Assembly: GCA_964188305.1 (NCBI GenBank)
Contig: OZ076890.1
From: Podarcis bocagei
Taxonomy: Eukaryota
DNA: 64,000 bases
Strand: one strand, 5' to 3'
The position numbers and the translations under genes were made by a program. Below the pieces are notes generated by a model. It saw only the letters and a list, made by a program, of their open reading frames with translations. It searched no databases and was not told where the DNA came from. Below are positions 54,920 through 64,000 of this stretch, one piece after another (position 1 is the stretch's first letter; each line of letters opens with the position of its first letter).

Positions 54920-55105
54920 AGATGGATAGCTCATAAATATACTTTGCATGCAGAATATCCTGTTTAACCTCTGACATCTTGAATTAAATGGATCTCAAGA
55001 GGGGCTGGAAAATGCCTCCACCTGAGTCCATGCCATTCCGAGGTGACAAATACTGGGCTAGATCGTTGGTGGTCTATTTCAGGATATCTCAGAAGCTTCA
55101 TATGG
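54920..55105 (+). mobile_element. Highly degraded tRNA-derived SINE (Squam2-like)
   Basis: ATAGCTCA..CTTTGCATGCAGAA..ATACTGGGCTAGAT..TGGTCT..GCTTCATATG. A minus-strand head fragment of a similar SINE lies at ~16835-16905. Confidence 0.45.
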
Positions 55106-56235
55106 GCATTGCCATTATCTTTGTGTTTCTTTCACATGCTCTGAAATGAGCTCCAAATTATACCTCATAGAGAGGATAGAAAATGGTGGTAGAGGGAAAG
55201 GCTTCCTACAAAGAGAGAAAAGATGTTAAGAGAGAAAAGTGGATGGAGAAAAGAGAAAAGATCAGGAAAATGGTACTGTGGGAGAAGTAGAAGACTGGAG
55301 TCAACAGGCTATGTGGAACAGAAAGGCTAAGAGTGAAGGGAGAAGAAAAATCTCCAGAAATGTTCACAGGAAAATGTATTGCGATAAATTTTTGCTCAGC
55401 TCTAGAAAATGCTGAGCAAGAAGGACCAATGGCCTGCTTTGGTGCAGGGCAACTTCATATATTCATGTAGGCTGTGTCTGGAAGTTATGCTGAATGCACA
55501 TAGAGGAGATGTGGTCACAGGCACAATCCCACTTCACACCCATTTGCACATAAACGTGCTCAGTCAGCACCAGCAGTCATTCCACTTTTAAGGGTTAAGG
55601 CTTAACCCTTGCTGTGATGACACTCTTGAAAGCAACACAAAAAAAGTTCTTGGCCGTTCTGAGTTTTGAATGCCCTTTTCAAGGAATAGTAGCCTCAAGG
55701 GCTACTATTTGAACTGCACTTGGGCCTAGTTACATTTGTCCTGCCTTGCTACAGATACATTAACCATTGCAGAGGTGGCCCTTAAATGGCAGGAGAGAGA
55801 TTAAGGAAACGTTTGCTTCTCCCAGAGCAAAGTCTTCTAAAGTTTTTGACCTCTGCATTTTTGTGAAGCAACAGCTGGAAACTACATTATCTATATCTCT
55901 ATATAGAGATATATCTATAGATATCTTGTTTTAGAACATATTTTTACAAGAAGTTTCGTATTTTTTAAAAGGAAACAGTTAACATTTTACCCTTCCCTTG
56001 ATATTCTTGCTGTGGTTTTGGGAAGAAAGGGTAAGGGTCCAAAAGCATCCGATACTTCCTGTAGTCAGATGTCTCCACCCAACATGTGTTTTAAACACGT
56101 TTCATATTAGGTTCAGTGGTCAAAAATTACCCATTTATTTTTCACTGTGATTTATGTGAGTTCAGCAGTTGCATTAAACCTAGAAAATGGTGTGATGTAA
56201 GGCCTTTATAGAATACACAAGACTTCATGCACTCT

Positions 56236-56244
56236 ACACACACA

Positions 56245-56280
<36 letters not shown>
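56236..56280. repeat. (CA)n microsatellite (another at 56626-56660)
   Basis: Seen directly. Confidence 0.95.
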
Positions 56281-56282
<2 letters not shown>

Positions 56283-56622
56283 CATGTGGATTTTTTTAAA
56301 AAACTATCTTCTTTTGAAGGCATATCAATTAAACTATTATACTGGGGATATTTGTGCCATAAAATGTCAGTATTTCCCATTGCTGCTGATTTCTGAAGCA
56401 AAGCAGAAACACGTTATAGTGCTTGGATTTTCAACCATCTTTTTTTCCCCTTTATACCCACAATTTCATGGACAGGCTCTTCCTGTCCATGAAACACACC
56501 AGTAAAACCAATTGCCTTTTTTATGACCCAGCTTCCGCACTGACCCACATACAGCTACTTGCCTTAAGAGGACATATGATGCTCATGTAGGTTTTCAGCC
56601 TGCTGAAACCGTTAGACATACG

Positions 56623-56660
<38 letters not shown>

Positions 56661-57210
56661 CACTTACAAAAACACAACGGCTAAGCCAAAGGCGTTTCCT
56701 TTACTTCCCACGCTGCTCTCCTTCAGGAAGATATCACAAAGAAAAGCAAAACTTTGCTTCTTAAAGCTGCAGTGCTCAATGCAGGGCAAAAGGAAAATCC
56801 TCTTTAACATGAAGCAAAAGCAATTCACTGCATTAACTATAAATGAATATTTTTAGATGGGAAAACTATATTTTGGAAACTTTCCTCAGCCATGCTGTGG
56901 TATGTGTGTGCTTGGATGTGGTGGGGGGGGGGGGAGTCGGCTGTAGAAGCCCCTGCTGTGTCTGCTGAAGGTGTGAGCTGTTCTGGAGCTATCGCTGGTG
57001 GTATTCCTGTCGGCAGCAGAGAGCACATGCCCCTCAAATGTGGTGCTTCAGGTGCAGGGCAGAGCATGCCTGGCCAAGGGTCAATGGAGTCTAGGCTGGC
57101 CCATCTGCCTTGATTGACAGGGGTCAGCAGGGCTTCAGATATGGCAGTACCTCTGTCTCTCCCCCAGGACAGAATTAAAATTGTTCTGCAGATCACTGTA
57201 GCATTCTAGT

Positions 57211-57568
57211 GTGGTGGTGCTGTGGTCTAAACCACTGAGTCTCTGGGGCTTGCTGTTCAGAAGGTTGGCCATTTGAATCCCTGTGATGGGATGAGCTCCT
57301 GTTGGCCTGTCCCAGCACCTGCCAACCTAGCAGTTTGAAAGCACACCAGCACAAGTAGATAAATAGGTACTGCTGTGGCGGGAAGGTAAATGGCGTTTCT
57401 GTGCACTCTGGTTTCTGTCACAGTGTTCCGTTGCACCAGAAGCGGTTTAGTCATGACCCGGAAAGCTATCTATGGACAAACACTGGCTCCCTTGGCCTGA
57501 AAGCGAGATGATCACTGCAACCTCTAGTCGCCTTTGACTGGACCTAACCGTCCAGGGGTCCTTTTACC
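57211..57568 (+). mobile_element. Sauria SINE, different subfamily from 21954/44210
   Basis: GGTGGTGCTGTGGTCTAAACCACTGAG..CAGAAGGTTGG..GTAGATAAATAGGTAC..CCAGGGGTCCTTTTACC; TSD TTCTAGT (57204-57210, 57569-57575). Confidence 0.9.
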
Positions 57569-58281
57569 TTCTAGTTATTAACGCTGTTTTACAGCTGATC
57601 TGTAAGACAGGCTGGTATGTAAGGCACGTTTTCTGAGTTTGCTTGATTGGTTCAACAATTCCTTTTGTTCTGGTCACATTTCTTCATTGTGGTGTCCTAG
57701 TCAAACTATCACATAAGACAATGCAACTTCTGAAAAGACCGAGACTGATATAACATAGCAAAGCACATTGTCAGCTCTCCTGCATCTTATGGCAGTGACA
57801 GCTTTGCAAAACCTAGGCTGCTTGGTTAGAGCAGAATACAATAAAAAAAGTTTTTATTCATGTTAAGTAGAATAAGGCCTGTTTTGCAAGAATCTAAACA
57901 AAAGAAAAAAAATATCTATATTGGTTCCCATGTTACTGTCCCAGTGCTGATTCTAACCAGTGTGGTGATCTAATAACAAAGAGTAACTTATACCCTTCAG
58001 CTGTCAAAAGTACATGTAGTTCCAACCAAGGCCCCACTTGGTTTTTTTTAAAAAATGTAACTCATGCAATCTCAAGCTATTCAAGGATTTGGGGCTTTGT
58101 ACCTTTGAGCTGGGAAAGGTCAGTCCTGTGATTTCCAGGTCAGAACTATCTGACAAGGATTTGGTGGTGTGGTAACCTGAGAAATGTTAACAAGGGAATG
58201 CTGTTAAGAATAAAGAGGGCAAGAAGGACAAACACTGAAAAGAAACTATTATATAATGATGTATTATAGTGGGCCTTGACA

Positions 58282-58600
58282 AATCTCTCCACCAAAAGCT
58301 ATTCTTTATGACAAGGCATATTACTGAGGTAGTCTCCATAGTGCTGAAATACTGTTGTTTTGAACAGCGATCTATATAATTATGTACAGGTCTTGCTACA
58401 AAGTTTCTGTGGGGTCGGTCATGATAGTAAATGCCATATTTGCTACAAAGTGTTTGGCCTCTTGAAGCCTCCTAATCTCTCAATAAAAGGATCTTTGTTA
58501 TGACCACTGCATGTAACTGAGGTAGCCTCCTTAGTGTTGTTCTGAACATAAATCTATATAATCATGTATGGGTCTTGCCAAAGAATTTCTGTTAAGGTTA
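58282..58600. repeat. Diverged tandem duplication, period ~192 bp
   Basis: AATCTCT..ATGAC..ACTGAGGTAG.CTCC.TAGTG..TGAACA..ATCTATATAAT.ATGTA..GGTCTTGC occurs at 58282-58415 and 58474-58600. Confidence 0.8.
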
Positions 58601-59937
58601 GAATCTATCAGTTCTGAGTTCAGACCCAGCTACGACCTCCTCCCCTTCTGGAGCAGCATTTTTAATGGTAATTTACATTGGGTTTTAATTGCTGGGAACC
58701 ACTCTGGCAAGCTAAAAATCAAGCAATCAGGCTTAATCCTTTGTCTTTTCTTTGTTAAAAAAAAAGACTTCTAGAATCATACAGCTACAATAAAATCTTG
58801 CCAGGAAACTACTGATTCCCTTCCTGATGAACCATGACCCACTTCAGGTGTTTAAACATGCAACAATAACAAGGATGTAAGGGCTTGGATTCACTCAAGC
58901 ATTCCAAGTGTGCTCCTATCTTTCTGTTTATTGCAATATTTTGAAGGGAGCTTCCAAGCACATTTAGCTGGAGACTGGGAAGTGTAGGGGGTGGAGGCAC
59001 ACACCTGCCTCCCACAGTTTGCTCTTGTGTGTCTAAAGAAGTCTATGGTTTGCTGTTACAGCCCAGTTGGGTGTACTATAGTTTGTACTGCAAACCAGGG
59101 CTTGCAGGGAAAGCATAAACTACAGCTTGGCAGTTCAGATATAGACGGCAGGAAGCAGGAAGGTAGGGAAGTGATCACAGCATGGGAGGATAGGAGGGAG
59201 TGGGAGTCAGGAGCATGAAGCTTAAGCCTCAACCCACACTCATTTGCATGACTCCAAGACAGGGTTTGATACTATGTCTGAACTAAGCCATGAGCTCCTC
59301 TTCAGCTAGGAAACTTATATATATATGGACAATCCAAAATGAATACAGGGGAAATGCTGAATCCTTTCTTGTTGCACTAGAGATTCCAGAATAATAGAGA
59401 AGGCCAAGTGTAATGTTCCCAACTGCCTGTCCTATGATCACAGCCCAGGTCCATCAGGACTATTCAGAGTCTGTACACTGGAGCTTGGTTTCTTTGCTGC
59501 AATCATGTGGAGCTATTTGTTCTGTTTGCACCTTTCGACAAGCTCCCTGCTTGTAGCCCAGTGTGGTCTGTGATGGGATAGTGGCATAGTAGCCTTAGGC
59601 TGCAATCCAATGCACACTTTGCCTGAGATTAAGCCCTTATGGCCTTACTGAACTCAACCGGAGGACTTACTTATGAGTAGACACGCATATGCAGAGCTTC
59701 ACTGTCAACAGGCCAAGGTACCCTTTTCCTTTTTTTTAAGTGACTTGAGGTTGGGACTGCTAATTCAGAATGCCAGTCATGAACCATACATTTATTTGTT
59801 AGGAGTCAAATGTAAGGGACTTTGAAGAAGTGCAAAGAGTTGGGGTTAGAGTTCTTTCTAGTTGGTCCTTTCTAAAAGTAAAATAGAATTGAAACACTGA
59901 TTATCTTAGCCAAGACATTGTCACATTTATGTTTCAC

Positions 59938-60475
59938 AGGCCACAATACTGTATACCGTATTTTTTGCACCATAACACTCATTTTTTTCCTCCTAGAAAG
60001 TAAGGGGAAATGTCTGTGCGTGTTATGGAGCGAATGCCTGCGGGTGGCGGGGGGGGGGATCTGCTGCAGTCGTGAGCAGAGGATCCATAGTTCCCCTTCC
60101 TTCCCTCCTCCGTGGTTACAAAGCATGGATCCACATGGATCCTCAGGATTTTTGCATTGGGCTACTCCAAACTCACTGTCAGATCACATGTCTGTGGCCA
60201 CAGCATGAACCACAAAAATCATATATCCACTATTTCATTTAGAATATTTTTTTTCTTGTTTTCCTCCTCTAAAAACTACATGCGTGTTATGGTCTGGTGC
60301 GTGTTATAGAGCGAAAAATATGGCACTTTGTATACGGTTTGGTTGATAGAGGCCACAATACTGCATACTTTGTATACGGTTTGGTTGATAGAGGCCACAA
60401 TACTGTATACTTTGTATACGGTTTGGTTGATAGAGGCCACAATACTGCATACTTTGTATACGGTTTGGTGATAGA
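59938..60475. repeat. 42-bp minisatellite (4 units; first unit split by a MITE)
   Basis: Unit AGGCCACAATACTG(T/C)ATACTTTGTATACGGTTTGGTTGATAG starts at 59938 (split), 60350, 60392 and 60434. Confidence 0.92.
59956..60323. mobile_element. pogo-like MITE (CCGTATTTT TIR)
   Basis: TA|CCGTATTTTTTGCACCATAACAC ... GTGTTATAGAGCGAAAAATATGG|CA; subterminal repeats GTGCGTGTTAT. Confidence 0.85.
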
Positions 60476-60504
60476 GCTCACGACACTTAATATCAGGGTT
60501 GCCC

Positions 60505-60587
60505 CACATTGGGCAAAAAGATTCCTGCATTGGAGGTGGTTGAACTAGATTATCCTTGTGGTCCTTTGCAATTCTATGATTCTGTGA
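60505..60587 (+). mobile_element. CR1 LINE extreme 3' end
   Basis: TTCCTGCATTG..GGTTGAACTAGAT..CCTT..GGTCC..ATTCTATGATTCTGTG (CR1 ATTCTRTG terminal octamer). Confidence 0.75.
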
Positions 60588-61624
60588 ATAAAAATAAGGT
60601 CATTATCTTTCCCAGACAGAATTATTTTCTACATAGGTGATAGAGTCCCATTATTTACATAGCCTCTGAAGCTGCAGAGCTCCAACAAGCACAGCAAACA
60701 CACACATACACAACCACGAATAGGACTCCTTGTTTACTCCTGTGAAACTTGTCCACTTTGGTACCTCATTTGACCAGATTAGCAGGAATGATGGCCTGGT
60801 TCCCTTTTCACTTGTCACATCCGCTTCTGTAAAGAGGCAGTTCTATCTTGGCTTCTTCCTTTGGGGCTGCAGAGAGCCAATCTGGGTGGAATAATGAAAT
60901 TGGCAGTCAGCTGAGACTATGTGCCCGTCTGTTGGGTCACCAGGGCAGGGGGACATGGGTTAGGCTGGGCAGAAGGTGGGAAGGCGTTTTCCTTCCCAAG
61001 ACTGTGGTAAGAGTTAACTCTTCCTAACCTTTTCTGCCCTTCTCTTGGGCGTGGGAGGAAATTACAGGCCTTGGAGACTAAGTGACAGTTGGCTTGGGAT
61101 AATGACAGGCAGGCTTGCCGTGAGAATCCAAGCGATAAAGATAAAAGGAAGGGGAAAGGGCTCGGCTTTTTCTCCTGTTTGCAGAGAAGTGGCAGCTGCT
61201 GCCCTGGGCAGGAGCTGCAGGACAGAGCAGCGCCCCCTCAGCCTTCCTTGGTGCCGTCGCAGCGGCTCCTGCCTCTGGTGCGCTAACCATTCCCTCCTCG
61301 CCCTGCTTGCAGCACGCCAGGAAAGTGCCGCACGTGTGTTGTTGTCTTCTTCCCTACCGGGCATCTGCCGAGACGGCGGCAGAAGAAAGAAAGAAAGAAA
61401 AAGTTTCAGGAAGATCCAGCCTTTTCCTGTCCCTATAAAGTTGTCTCATCACCCGCCCAATAAAGACCTAAGTGCCATAACAGGATCAGGGGCCAACCTG
61501 GCAGGACACCGGGGGAAGAAAGCGAAAGGTTGTAGCAAGTAAACAGGGCTGGTGAAGAAATCTCAACCTTTTACCAGGCGACGCTGTGGCTTTAAAGGAT
61601 TCCGAGAGGCGATCGGGTGGGTTT

Positions 61625-61935
61625 CCTCCTCCGCCCCGCTTGAACAAACGTCCCCTCCCTGCTCCGTTGCCTCGCTCGCTTTCTCACCTCCGCGAACCTC
61701 CCCCGCCCCGTCCTTCTTTCTTCCTCCCCCCTCCCCTTTTCAGCGGTCCTCTCCCCCTCTCCGCCCCCCCCCCCGCGCGCTCCGGTGTCTGATTAAACGA
61801 GAAGGAAGTGTGGGAGTGGAGGCTGCGAAGCTCTCCCTTTAAGAGGCAGCCTGCAATGACGAATTGTTGAAATTGCCATTGCAGGATGGCATTCCACTAT
61901 AAATTCATTGTTCCACCTCCTCTCATCTTCACAGC
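61625..61935 (+). promoter_or_regulatory. ADAMTS5: ADAMTS5 proximal/core promoter
   Basis: GC boxes (CCGCCCC at 61631, ~61703, 61761), ETS AGGAAGTG (61803), MCAT/TEAD CATTCCA (61890), TATAAA (61898), Inr-like TTCACA (A at 61931). The exact TSS is inferred. Confidence 0.7.
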
Positions 61936-62299
61936 TCTCGCTCTTCTCCTCTTGTTCACATCGGCGGACTGGGGATAACGCCGCCGCCGCCACCAAACAC
62001 CCATTAAACTCGGAGAGGGAGGAGGGGGAACCTTGAGAATCTGGGACCTTTCTCCCACCCCCTGGCCGGCAAGGGAGGGCTTGTTTTCTCCTACCTCTCT
62101 CTCTCACACACACATTCACTCACTCACTCTTTCTGCCGTCCGCCTCTCCAAACCAACTCATCAACCCAAAAAACAAGGGGACGGAGGAAGCCGGCGAGAC
62201 CCTCGGAGCTGAGCCAGAGCCGACCTCGCTCCCGTCGGATGACTCGGTGGCCGAGAGAGCGAGCGAGAGAGAGCGAGGCGCCAAGTCCCAACTTCTCCG

Positions 62300-62353
62300 A
62301 TGCCTCCTGGCTGCTGCGAGAGCCGCGTCTCCCTCCCACCGATGCGCTCTTGA
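62300..62353 (+). other. Upstream ORF in the 5'UTR (MPPGCCESRVSLPPMRS*)
   Basis: ATG at 62300, second ATG at 62342, TGA at 62351-62353. Translation is unproven. Confidence 0.4.
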
Positions 62354-62488
62354 CTCGTCCGGCGAAGACTTCTCCAGCCTTTTGTTTTCCACCAGCCTGT
62401 CCCGTTCGCGCCCCGATCTGCCCGATCTCCCGCCCGGATCGCCGACCCGGCAATCGATTATCCGTCTGCTGCTGCTGCGGAGCCCACC

Positions 62489-63577
62489 ATGCTGCTGAAG
62501 TTGCCTTGCCCTCCGCTGCCGGCGCTGCTGCTGCTTGCAAGCTTGCAAGCGGCTGCCTCGGCCGCCGGAGTTTCCCCGGCAACTTCAGCACCTGCCTATG
62601 ATAAAGCTGTGCAGCTCTCCAAAGCAGCAGCAGCGCCGCCGCCGCCGGGCGCTGCGCCCCCCTTCTTCGTCCCGGAGCAGCAGCAGCAGCCACGCGGGTC
62701 CAGCGGTCTCGTGGAGCGCGTGGACCAGACGTACTCGGGGGGCGGCAAGGTGGGCTACGTCCTGTACGCCGGCGGGCAGCGCTTCCTGTTGGACCTGGAG
62801 AAGGACGCGCTGCTGGGCTCCGCGGAGCAGCTGCTCCAGGGCAAGGGGCGCTGCTACTACCGCGGAACCGTGGACGGCAGCGCGCAGTCCTTGGCCGTCT
62901 TCGACCTTTGCGGCGGCTTGGACGGCTACTTCGCTGTCAAGCACGCCCGCTACACCGTGAAGCCGCTGCGTCTGGCAGACGACGGCGGGGAAGGGGCCGA
63001 GGAGGAGGAGGAGCCCGCCCGGGAGCGCATCTACGACGGGGAGTCCGCGCGGGTGGCGCACCTCTTCTCCAAGGAGCACTTCAGCTTCCAAACGGTGCCT
63101 TCTCGGCCCAGCTGCGAGACGCGCGGCTCGCCCAAGGTGCCCTTTCTGGACCAGAAGAAGCTGGGCCTGCGGCAGGAGGAGACGGATTTCACCACCAGGG
63201 CGGCGCTGTCGGGAAACTTCTCCCCGCCAGCCGGCCTCCGAAACAGAAAACGGCGCTCCATCTCGCGGGCCAGGCAGGTGGAGCTTCTGCTGGTGGCCGA
63301 CGACTCCATGGCCAAGAAGTACGGCAAGGGTCTCCATCACTACCTGTTGACCTTGGCCACCATTGCTTCCCGCCTCTATGGACACGCCAGTATTGAGAAC
63401 CACATCCGCCTGGCGGTGGTGAAGGTGGTGGTGCTGGGGGACAAGGAGAAGGGCTTGGAGGTGAACAAGAATGCGGCCACCACCCTCAAGAACTTCTGCA
63501 AGTGGCAGCACCAGCACAACCAACTGGACGACCAGCACGAGGAACATTACGACGCTGCCATCCTCTTCACCCGTGAG
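62489..63577 (+). CDS. ADAMTS5: ADAMTS5 (aggrecanase-2) exon 1: signal peptide, prodomain, furin site, N-terminal part of the M12B metalloprotease domain (partial CDS, 363 codons)
   Basis: Kozak CCCACCATG; hydrophobic leader; YSGGGKVGY..RFLLDLE, CYYRGTVDG..LAVFDLCGGLDG.FAVKHARYT, SCET, RKRR|SISRARQVELLLVAD and HASIENHIRLAVVKVVV..NAATTLKNFCKWQHQHNQL..HYDAAILFTRE are characteristic of ADAMTS5. Ends at a GAG|GTAGGT donor. Confidence 0.97.
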
Positions 63578-64000
63578 GTAGGTTTGGGAGGAGGCCGTGG
63601 CTGAGGGATCCCGCTCAGGCCTCCGCCAGCCTTGCGGAGCTGGGTTCATCACCCTCAGCTTCATTCTTCTGCTTCACTGCAGGTGTGTTGGACTTGATGA
63701 CCTAAGAGGTCCTCTCTTGGGCTTTATGAATGTATGTGATTGTATTGCTGCTGTCTTTTTCTTTCTTCTTAAATTCATCTCTGGTTGTAAATGTCCAAAG
63801 GTTTCGTAGATGCTGTCTTAAGAATCCAAAGTGCTACTGAAAACACCTGTTTGCCATTGGGTTCAATATCACTAATGCTAAGGTGGTGTCGCATCAGGTT
63901 TAGTAGATACTTGAGGTTCCAGTAATAATTCCAAGCATCTGCTAGGGAGCCTGAGTGAAAGGGGAGATGATAGATGATAGATAGATAGATAGATAGATAG
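63578..64000 (+). other. ADAMTS5: Start of ADAMTS5 intron 1 (phase-0 donor GAG|GTAGGT)
   Basis: Homology stops after FTRE; the ORF-track tail VGLGGGRG is intronic read-through. Confidence 0.9.
63969..64000. repeat. (GATA)n microsatellite
   Basis: Seen directly; runs off the window end. Confidence 0.95.

Larger units (their letters stand above)
61240..63640. promoter_or_regulatory. CpG island covering the ADAMTS5 promoter and exon 1
   Basis: Sharp rise in GC content and CpG density relative to the CpG-depleted remainder of the window. Confidence 0.9.

Noticed and set aside
58323-58565. TGAGGTAG(T) ... CTATATAAT resembling let-7 mature/star sequence
   Set aside because: Only the first 8-9 nt match, the rest of the mature sequence does not, and the arms do not pair into a pre-miRNA hairpin.
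60326-60475. 42-bp repeats as a CRISPR array or a repeat-protein gene
   Set aside because: The units are directly adjacent with no unique spacers, the DNA is eukaryotic, and the repeated 14-aa ORFs are a by-product of a unit length divisible by 3.
548-61000. Many 60-130-aa ORFs in the supplied track
   Set aside because: Many start at GTG/TTG, overlap repeats or microsatellites, and show no recognisable domains or exon structure; consistent with random ORFs.
61980-61997. Perfect Kozak-like GCCGCCGCCACC in the 5'UTR
   Set aside because: Followed by AAA, not a start codon; most simply a (GCC)n run in a CpG island.
63578-63604. C-terminal VGLGGGRG* of the 371-aa ORF, read as a truncated single-exon protein
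   Set aside because: A canonical splice donor follows FTRE, so the gene continues in exons outside the window.
62585-63664. 359-aa antisense ORF and the other long ORFs overlapping exon 1 and the CpG island
   Set aside because: Expected shadow ORFs of GC-rich coding sequence; no recognisable protein features.

Overview
Vertebrate (squamate) genomic DNA, most likely a lacertid lizard. The species call is an inference from three Sauria SINEs of the Podarcis-like type plus Squam3-type SINEs. The only supportable protein-coding feature is exon 1 of ADAMTS5 (+ strand, 62489-63577). It encodes the signal peptide, prodomain, furin site and start of the metalloprotease domain, and lies in a CpG island with a TATA-containing promoter and a ~560-nt 5'UTR carrying upstream ATGs. 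The first ~61 kb is gene-poor upstream DNA containing SINEs (Sauria, Squam3/MIR-like, one 5S-derived), LINE remnants (L2, CR1, RTE), non-autonomous DNA transposons (pogo/Tigger-like with TA TSD, hAT with 8-bp TSD), microsatellites and one 137-N assembly gap. Several repeat-free blocks look like candidate enhancers. Repeat family names come from recognition, not a database search. I cannot demonstrate a new biological system here. The best leads are: (i) a 42-bp minisatellite with an 84-bp higher-order structure split by a MITE ~1.5 kb upstream of the promoter; (ii) the ADAMTS5 core-promoter and uORF architecture; (iii) a palindrome cluster with a Helitron-like 3' end; (iv) candidate distal enhancers.
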